DNA of 32,000 nucleotides from Vibrio vulnificus CMCP6 (GTDB lineage Bacteria; Pseudomonadota; Gammaproteobacteria; Enterobacterales; Vibrionaceae): NCBI RefSeq assembly GCF_000039765.1, contig NC_004460.2, positions 420,001 to 452,000 of the forward strand, read 5' to 3'. Shown piece by piece: positions 31,754 to 32,000 of this stretch (position 1 is its first letter; each line of letters starts with the position of its first letter). The notes under the pieces were generated by a model. It saw only the letters and a program-made list of their open reading frames with translations, ran no database searches and was not told where the DNA came from. The position numbers and the translations under genes were made by a program.

Positions 31754-32000
31754 ATGCTGGACGCTTATAGCTTTTATGGACGAGACGATGACCTTAGTCG
31801 ACAAGGTTTCTTCAAACTGCCGGGTACTAAGATCGCCTCTTTGAGAAAGGAACCGTAGATAACGCAGGTGCAGCTTTCAGAGAACCTGGGGATTTCCCAG
31901 CAGTACATGCAGGCATTTGAAGCTGGCCGCAGGAAAGTACCTTCATCCAAACAGCTAAAGCAGGTGGAACAGATCAGTTATTTGCCGAAGGCGAAACAGA
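31754..32000 (+). pseudogene. XRE-family helix-turn-helix gene interrupted by an in-frame TAG; runs off the right edge
   Basis: One frame reads MLDAYSFYGRDDDLSRQGFFKLPGTKIASLRKEP*ITQVQLSENLGISQQYMQAFEAGRRKVPSSKQLKQVEQ. The stop (31856-31858) falls inside the canonical IxxLRkexxlTQxxLAxxLGvSqqxisxxExGrrxps HTH pattern. Confidence 0.35.

Noticed and set aside
1-32000. Scan by eye for CRISPR arrays, rRNA/tRNA genes, IS elements, integrases and known defence-system enzymes
   Set aside because: I saw no regularly spaced repeats, no tRNA-like cloverleaf candidates in intergenic regions, and no transposase, integrase, helicase or methylase-like ORFs in the track. Absence is based on manual reading only and should be confirmed with tRNAscan, Infernal, ISfinder and defence-system HMMs.

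Overview
This 32-kb window reads as Vibrio chromosome-II-type DNA. From memory, the 471-aa cytolysin at 14708-16123 and its small upstream partner are the Vibrio vulnificus vvhBA haemolysin locus, so the source is probably V. vulnificus; BLAST should confirm this. All coordinates of small motifs and hairpins were hand-counted and may be off by 1-2 nt.

Layout:
- 1-7136, all on the - strand: an assimilatory nitrate cluster. It holds a partial nrtA-like binding protein, a NasT-like ANTAR regulator, a Tat-signal dienelactone hydrolase, a TrpD2/YbiB-like protein, cobA and nasA. It carries sigma54-type promoters, an NtrC-type upstream site and two leader terminators preceded by hexaloop hairpins.
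- 7.1-13.4 kb: a GNAT acetyltransferase, a secreted GH13 alpha-amylase and two tandem dCache chemoreceptors.
- 13.4-16.2 kb: a roughly 770-bp extremely AT-rich control region, then vvhB-vvhA.
- 16.2-29.2 kb: glpT-glpQ, a tldD/pmbA pair, an orphan type IV pilin-like gene, dcuC, a lemA/M48-peptidase pair and an EEP-family lipoprotein.
- 29.2-31.7 kb, - strand: the clearly accessory part, a decayed polymorphic-toxin (Rhs-type) cassette array. It holds a 5'-truncated Rhs core fragment ending in DPHGL with a short tail and a small immunity-like ORF. It also holds an intact PT-TG plus EssD/YeeF-type nuclease tip with an overlapping DUF600/YezG-like immunity gene. Both toxin tips are preceded by the same perfect 91-bp block.
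- Right edge: an XRE-type HTH frame interrupted by an in-frame TAG.

I recognised no rRNA, tRNA, CRISPR array or IS element by eye. The toxin array is the best candidate for something under-described. The other findings are regulatory architecture or poorly characterised two-gene modules.
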